DNA of 64,000 nucleotides from Paraspadella gotoi (Eukaryota > Animalia > Chaetognatha): contig CM119268.1 of the NCBI GenBank assembly GCA_051294375.1, positions 20,192,531-20,256,530 on the forward strand. Direction: 5' to 3'. Both the position numbers and the translations under genes were made by a program. This document shows, piece by piece, positions 52,301 through 61,200 of this stretch (its first letter is position 1; each line of letters begins with the position of its first letter). The notes under the pieces are model-generated. The model did no database searches and was not told the DNA's origin. It saw only the letters and a program-made list of their open reading frames with translations.

Positions 52301-55200
52301 AGAGCGGCAGCAGCAGAGGCAGCCAGAAAAAAAGGCAGCAGTAGAAGCAGCAGGAGAAAAGAGAGAAAAAGAAAAAGCCCCTGCAAAGCCAGCTGCAGAC
52401 TCGTTTTTTTCCCCGATGAATCAGCACTAAAAATGATCATAAAAATGGCGCAAGTTAAAAAAATGATACAAGAGTGGAAAAAATGACTGCATGTGGAAAA
52501 AATGATGCGAGGAATGTCGGAAAAAATGATGCCATTGCGAGACTGCGGCCAAAAATGATGCGAGTGGTGAAAAATGCATGCGAGTGGAAAAAATGATGCG
52601 ACGGTGGGAAAAGAATTGATGCGGATGGTGGCGAAAAAATGATCGCGAGCTTGCGAAAAAAATTGATGCGAGTGGAAAAATGATGCGAGTGGAAAAAAAT
52701 GGATGCCGCGTGCGAAAAATGATGCGCAGTGGAAAAAATGATCGCGGATGGAAGATAGGAAGTGGAAAAAATGTATGCGAGTGGAAAAAATGATGCCGAG
52801 TTTGGAAAAATTTTGATGCGAGTGCGAAAAAATGATCTGCGAGTGGAAAAAAATGATTGCGAGTGGAAAAAATGATGCGAGTGCGACAAAAAATGATTGC
52901 GAGTGGAAAAAATGATGCGAGTGGAAAAAATGCATTTGCGAACTCGTGGGAAAAACAATGATGCTCCTCCGAGTGGGAAAAAATGATGCGAGTGGAAAAA
53001 ATGATGCGAGTGGAAAAAATTGATTAGCTGATTACCTACTATTTTCGTTTTTTACAACCGCTTAATTATTGTAGGCAGATCCGACATTGTTTGCTCAAAC
53101 TTGTTTTAAACCCAGCCCACTGGGTTTTTTTGGGTTTTTTTAAATTATAGATAGCAGACTGTCATATTAATTCTTTTTAAGATACAAATTTAAAATATAC
53201 TTCTTAAGTGATTACTGATAAAAATATATAAAAATATACTGATTTTATTTAATAATAGTATTAATTAATTAATTAATTATTATTTTTTATGGTAAACAGA
53301 AATGTAATAACTATAAATATTATATTTTCTGAATAAAACCTGTTATGAAAAAAGTGTATAAACTTAATTTTATTAGAAAATAGTAATTAAATACTAAAAT
53401 AATTTGATATAAATAATTAAATATGCATCATAAACATTTTTATAAATTACTAATACATTAAAAATCGTAGTACATCTTTAGTACATGTTTTTTCCGAACT
53501 AACTTGTCTTCTGTTCGGATAAAATATTTGAGTTAATAAAATATTAAGGTGTTTAATTAAGCTAAGATTTTTTCCTAACGTCAATATATTATTTTCCTAC
53601 ATTCTCGTTACTTTACTCCTGGTTAGGATACCTTTTCAGAGAATTCTTTAACGTGTGACAAATATTCAAATATATAATTATATTGAAGTTTAATTTTTTT
53701 TGATAAATAGCTTTATAAGAACCCAAACCTTGTGTTAAATAATAACGTGAGAATAGCAATCATTTTTTATTGTCGCAATCGCTTTGCGTTTGCGACGATA
53801 TTGCTTTGGTTTTGCTCATAAGTGGCGTAGTCGTCGTCGTCTGCGTTCCAAATTATAGATCGCCTTTTTTATGATTAAATTTGGGTGTATGAAGCTGAAA
53901 ATTTATATACAGCTTTTCATCATTGATGTGCTTAAAATTGAGTCTGGACAGTTATTAAATATGTTTTGTTTACATTTTATCAAAACAAACAAATTTTCTC
54001 TTTTATTTTCATATTTCTTTCTCTCTCACTTTTCTCTTTTAATTAGATGTCTCTCTCTTTTCCCTCGTCACTGATTCATAGACAAAGGGAGAAAAAAACG
54101 AGTTTGCAGCTGGCTCTGCAGGGGCTTATTATTTTTCTCTTTTATCCTGCTGCTTCTGCTGCTGCCTTTTGATTTCTTTCTTTTTTTCTGGGTGCCTCTG
54201 GCTCTGATGCTGATTCGTCCGAAAACGATTTGGCTTCTTTCTTTCTCTCTCTCTCTCTCTGCGTTTTAATTTAAAAAAAAAATTGAATGAGGATAGAACT
54301 CGTAAAATTAGGCATCTCATTCGTGCATGTTGTCATGTTATCATGTTATCATTTTGCAACATCGGGTTTTTATTTCGTTCTTTCTCCTCGTCACTCTCTT
54401 TATTTTTCTATTCCTTTCTATTCTTTCTTTCCTTTCTATTCAACTGAATATTAAAATTATAACTGTCATTTAAACTATCATTTAAACCCACATCTTAGGC
54501 TTCCCATAGACTAAGTGACATAATTTCGCATAAATTAAAGAAAGGAAAAATAATTCAAATCTCGGTCTGCTCCGTGTCCTCGGCACCGCGTCTCTAATCT
54601 CTAAGCGCCGAATCTTAGCGCCGGTTCGCTTAATCAGCGTCCCGACACTAAGCGTCCGCCACGCCCAGTGCTATGCCAGCGGCGCCGCATCGTGCCGTCT
54701 TATTATACACTTTCCTTTCTATTCTTTCTTATCTTTCTATTCTTTCTTTCCTTTCTATTCTTTTTTTCCTTTCTATTCTTCTTTCCTTTCTATTCTTCTT
54801 TCCTTTCTATTCTTTCTTTCCTTTCTATTCATTCTTTCCTTTCTATTCTTTCTTTCTATTTATTCTTTTTTTTCTTTTTCTTTATTTATAAATTAATTTT
54901 ATTTTCTCAAATTTGATTTTTTTTAGTATCAAAATTTGTCGTCAATCCAGATTTTTCTTATGCGATTGCGACTATGCTTATGCTTTTAAGATTTTTTAAA
55001 TTGTGTCACTCTTAACATTATTTGCGATTCACGATTAGGATTACTTAATATAAGGAAAATGGTACAGAAGCCATCAACGAAAGTGATACTGATAGTAGAC
55101 ATGTAAAATTTCGTGGAACAACAAAATAATCTTATTAACATTAAATTTGGACATTTTTCGGCTTTGTTCTTCAAGCCTTCATCAGCATTTGAAAAAGACA

Positions 55201-55236
<36 letters not shown>

Positions 55237-58200
55237 CATTGAGTTGGTGAGAGAGAGAGAGTTTCCAACAAAGAATTTAGTAAGAGATAGGGGTCAGATG
55301 TGAGAATTGGTGAAGATGAGGACAGGGATGAAGAGAGAGTAAAAGTGAAATTTGGTGAAAGGTGAACAACAAAGAATAAATGGTGTTGAAAAAGACTAAA
55401 CATAACATAGAATTAATAAATAAGTGAATTAGTTAATGTTTGTGAAATTTGTAGTATTAAGTTAAATTAAAAATAAAATAAAAAAGAAAAATATTTTTTT
55501 GAGGGATAGATAAGATGATGGTAAGTGAAAAATAAGTAAAGAAAGAAGCTCAAATGAGCTGGTCCCCCCCCCCCGGCCGGGCAAATATAGGGCATTACTG
55601 AAGTTTGGTTCATTGGCCCGTCATAGATTGAGAGAGTATTGTGGTGGAGTTGGTTAGGCATGGATCTGGTAGCGATCCAGCTCATTTGAGCTTCTTTCTT
55701 TACTTATTTTTCACTTACCTTCATCTTATCTATCCCTCAAAAAATTATTTTTCATTTTTCATTTAACTTAATACTACAAATTGCACAAACATTAACTAAT
55801 TCACTTATTTATTAATTCTATATTATGTTTATTGTTTAGTCTTTTTCAACACCATTTATTCTTTGTTGTACATTACCAAATGTATATTTTGCACAGTGAT
55901 TCTCTCTCTCTCTCTTCTCTCACCTTTCACCATATTTCTCTTTTACTCTGTCTTCATCCCTGTCCTCATCTTCACCTATTCTCACATCTGACCACTAGGG
56001 TGGAGTGATGAAAAGATTGAGTGATTGAACATTATTTTTTTGCTGCCTATGGACATATAATTAATGAATTTTAAATCCTTTTAAAAATTTTTTTAGCATT
56101 ACAGTATAGCAAATTCAATTATTTATATAGTAATATCCTTATAAAATCGTCAAATTTCAAAATATTTTTTTTTTATTTTTAAGAACTGATTTGGATTCGC
56201 TGTAAAAAACTAAGAAACTTTTATAAAATATGTTATATGATATTTTAATGTTTAGATCACAAAAAATGACTAAAACGTTTTAACATATATAAGTTTCTAT
56301 TACAGAGAAAAAAAAAGTCAGAAATTTTCACCTTTTTTCTTATTTTAAACATTGAAGATGACAGAATTTTTGATAACATGTTTTATATTTTTGATTCAAC
56401 TTTTTATGAAGAATCTGAATCTTTAATAAAAGTTTTATAAAAATTATTTTTAAAATTTACTATTCTGTTCCCGAGATAATATGAACAAAATATTTTTTGT
56501 ACTAGTTAATCATACTATCTCACATCTAAATATCATTGTTCGATCATTCAAATAAATTTTTTGTTCTTGAGTGCTCCACTCTACTGACCACTATCCCTTA
56601 CTAAATTCTTTGTTGGAAACACTCTCTCTCTCTCTCACCAACTCAATGTTTGTAAAAAAAAATTATTTTGTTGTTCCACGAAAATTTCGTTTCTTCTAAT
56701 TTAACAAAACAACAAAAAAGAAAGGATTATCACAATGTTTCATATTAAAAAATTAGGTAATTTTTAAGTTTTTTTTAGCTGGGTTTTTTTGGGTGGGTTT
56801 TTTAATGCCAACCCTGTGAAAGATTAGGGGCAGTGGGTACTGGGTAGGCAGGGATACAAGAAAGTAGTCTAGGTTGCGTCATGCTTAAAGCTTCTGTGAA
56901 ATGGGTCGGTGGGATAAAAGTTAGATTAGATTAAAAAGATGATAGTGTTGCAGCAAGAATTAAACCTGCCTTACTGCTCTCCTACCTCAGCCGCGTCTCA
57001 ATGGCTAAGATGGCTAAGCAGGCTGAGCAGGCTAAATCATCTCGTTACAACCGTGCGTCCCGAGTTCAATCCTTGGGTATCCCGGTTCTGGCTCAAATGT
57101 GACGGAGCCGGTCTAAACATGCCAGTGACTGGAGGCGGTCACTGAGGGTCGGCAGCCCCTATGCCATTTGGTGAGATACCCCGTGGCCCGGGTATCACAG
57201 GCATTCCTCCCGTTGCCATAATAGTTGTTATTAATGTTGAATTTTTTTCCCCCTTCCCCAAAAAAGAGCGACGCCACCCGTTTTTTCAACGCTCGGAATC
57301 GACGATCTTCTTGGGCTGCCCACCGCCCGATCCTTTCCACACACCGCTGGCCGAAGCGCTGCCGCTGGCCGATCAGCCGCAGCTGCTGCAGCCCAACGCG
57401 AGGAAGGAGGACATGTTCTTTATGGCGAGCGGGCGCGCTGTGGGAGCCGAGGGACAGGTGAACGGGGGCGGCAGGGAGAGAAAGTGGCAATATCACTAAA
57501 ATATGTTGATTTCTTTAATTTTTAATTATTTATAACGATGGAAACCATTATACTGAGAATAAAAAAAGAAAGATTCGTCAATCTGTTCTATCTTCTCTCG
57601 AATGAGTCCGGCGCCGGCGGTCCCGTGGCCTGGAGCGAAACGCAGCTCCCGACCCGCCTGGGCCTCTCGTCTCGAGCCGACGAGGAAGAGGAAGACTCTG
57701 ACGACGAAGAGGAGGAGGAAGACGGGAGGATGACGGGCGACGAAGGAGACGACGAAGACGAGGACGACGACGAGGAAGAAGCGAGAAAGAAAGTGAGTTC
57801 GTCAGGAGAGAGGAGAGATATAGATAGCGTGAAAAATAAACGAGGAACGGTTATTCCGAGGTGTTGCGCCGAATTACTTTTCTTTTTACTTAATATAGCT
57901 TTTATTCCAAAGTTCGAAATTAGTTTCTTCAACGATTTTTATTTTTGTACGGACATGTTTTATTCCTTATAGTTTATAAGATTTTTTTGGTAGACATGAT
58001 GTATTTACCTTTATTTTTCGTTATTAATTTGATAGTAAAAAAAAAGTTTTAATAATTTTTTATAACTAATAATAATAAAAATAAATTCGTTATAAAAAAT
58101 CATTAAAACTTTGTTTTTTTTATTAAGATTTTTTTAAAAACAAAAGGCGGCGCCAGTAGTCGCTTAGATTTGATTTTTAACAAATGAGCAACAAACTATA

Positions 58201-61200
58201 GATAAGTTATAAGCGTTTTTAATATAAGTGGGACACACCAACGGACAGACATACCGACCGACCGACCGAAAAGTGACTTATAGAGTTGCTCCGCGAGTAC
58301 TCGCGGCGCAACTAAAAAGTAATTCTCTCTCCTTCATCCTCAGCCCACTGGAGCTCTGTCGGCGCTCATCTCCGCCTACGAAACAGTCACTTCCGGCGGC
58401 GGCTCGGCTCGATCTGCCAACCCGGACGCGGCGCCGGTCTCGCCTCACGCCGGGGGAGCCTCATCCTGCGCCGGCCCGTCGTCCCGGGCTGCAGGCGAGA
58501 CTTCCGGGTCGGGTTTGCCCGCAAGCAATCAAGCCAGCGTCATCGTTTTGGCCAGGTCGAGGATTTTTCTTCTACTAGAAGTTTTAGATCATCTTAATCA
58601 TAATCGCCTCGGCTAAATTGACTTCCAACCTCTACATCTCAGGTCATCTTCCACTTCGTTGACCCCCTCCGCCGGCAGCCCCGTCAAACGGTCGATAGGA
58701 TACCAATCGGTCGCCGAGTCAGCCTCGACGCTGCCTGCCGCCGACGATAACGCGATGGACACGACTGACGGGCTTTTGCCGGGAAGCTTCTCGTCTCGCC
58801 AGGGAACCGGGGAGGCGAACATGGTAAAGGAGACGATTGGGGCTGTATTCAGTTTGTATTGTCACCAATATCATTTTGTTACTCCTCACATTCATCCCCC
58901 CCCCAACTTCAGTCCCCCTCTCCTGCCATGGTTTCCCGCGTTCGCCGCCGCCGCCGCCGAAAATCCGCCCTCTGTCAATCGCGCGGAAGGAAGGCCGCTC
59001 GTTCGGTAGCTCGCTCGACGTACAAGGTCCAACTCAGCTCGGTCATCGGTCAGCTCGTCTCGCATGACGTTTTGCTCGGAAGGTGAGGATTGTGATTTGC
59101 CCACGTGTGTATACTGTATAAATATGAAAATCATTCAGGGTTCCTCTGTCTTTCAGATGGCGATTGGCCTTGGATCTTTTCGGTCGAGTTTTCGTGGACG
59201 ACGTCGCCGCAGAACCGGGATCGGTCCTCAACGAACTCGGCGGATTTCCTGTCAAAGTAAATTTTTCTGTCGAATTTTTTATTCTTGATCCATCATTACT
59301 TTTTTCTTTTCAATTTTATATACGCCCTCCTTTACAGGAAATTAAATTTCGCCGCGAAATGGAAAAGTTGCGCCATGGGCAGCAACGCGATATCACGCTG
59401 GACGTGGAGCGCGATCGCGTGGCGCTGCTGCAACAGACGATGAAGCAGCTGAACACGCAGTACAACAGGAGATCCTCTGCGGGAGGTGGGATTAAAGTCG
59501 TTTAGAAATGAAGAGATATTGAATGATATTATGAAACATGGTACAACCAATATAAAAAATTATCCATTCATTTAATAAATAAGCTATCTTGCCGCTGACT
59601 TTTGGACAGGCTTTGTTGTTTAAGGCCTCCATCACTCTTACAAGATAATGACATAGCAGGTCCCTGCAAGCTTTCAATCAAGACTCTCTCACAGTCTCGT
59701 TTATTCACTCCCAGAGTACCTGGCTTCCCTATCAATGAAGTGGTATAATATTCAAAGAATGTTTCAATTGTATGAAAAGACCACTCCCTTAAGTATTAGA
59801 TCGGGGAATACTTATTGTACTCCGCACTAGCATCAAAATGCAAGGAGCTGAATTTTATGAAATGGGTACAACCAATATAAAAATTATCCATTCATTTAAT
59901 AAATAAGCTATTCTTGCCCCTGACTTTTGACAGGCTTTGGTGGTTTATTCACTCCAGAGTACCTGGCTTCCCTATCAATGAAGTGGTATAATATTCAAAG
60001 AATGTTTCAATTGTATGAAATTGTATGAATTGTATGATTGACCGAATGAAAAGTAATAGTCCCATCTCTCAAGATAGTTTTTTTGTTGCTCAGTGGACAC
60101 TAAGGCATAGTAAACTTTCTAAATTTAACTTTAATTTAACTTCTAAAAGTGAGGAAGGACAAAAATATACTAATGAACATTTATGTACCAAAGAAATTAA
60201 TAAATTTTACAATTTACGCAGTAGCCATATTTATACTAGTACTAAACCAATAAATGTTAAAATTTCAAAACAGTTTTTTCTAAGATTTTTTGCAGATTTG
60301 GATTCGTCATAAAAGTTGATAAAAAGAAATATAACTCTTTTTGAAAAATTCCTCTCATTAAGTGGGTCAAAAATTAGAAAAAGCTATATTTTAAGTTGAA
60401 AATTAACTTTTTATATATTAAATATAGTTTTTTTAATTTTAACTCACTTAATGAAAGAATTTTTTAAAAATGATTTATGAAATTGTACAACCAATATAAA
60501 TATTTTTATATTAAATATAAATATTTTTTTATCAACTTTTGAAGAGGAATTCAAATCTGCAATCAAAATTAAGAAAAGCCTATTTTGAAATTTTTAGATT
60601 TTATAAGGATAGTACTATATATAAAAATATAGCCTACTGCGAAAATTAAAAAACTTAAAATTTTTTTTTTTACAAATTTATGTTCACTGATAGTATGTTG
60701 TTCATAATTTACTTTTAGAATTTTCGTATGTAACTTGCACTACGCCTTAGTGGACACTATAAACGAGTGATTACTAAATAGTGATCGACCATATGAGGCT
60801 TTTACATATGTTTCATATAACTTCTCTAAAGTCGTGCCGGTTTTTGTTAACTGTTCTTCCCACCTCAGGACAACCGCTGGCCTGCCACAGAGTAAAAGTC
60901 TCCTTCAAGGACGAGCCTGGCGAGGGCTCCGGAGTAGCGCGTAGCTTCTTCACCGCCTTCGCTTTGGTCAGTTTCTTACTCGAATTGATTTTGCACGTTG
61001 TGAGCAAATGAGTTGAATTATCGCGTATTATTTTAGGCCGTATTGTCCGCGGAAAAACTGCCCAACCTGGAGAGTTGTATGGTCGGCAGCAAAAGTATCC
61101 ATTCGTCCCTCATCCAAAGGTGAGAGAATTAAATTGGTGTCCGACCAATGTTAACGTCGTGATCTTGAAATCCCCCGCCATTTATCTCTTAACCAGAATT

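Noticed and set aside
52249-52958. Long minus-strand Phe/His/Ser-rich ORFs
   Set aside because: They are translations of a 19-bp minisatellite.
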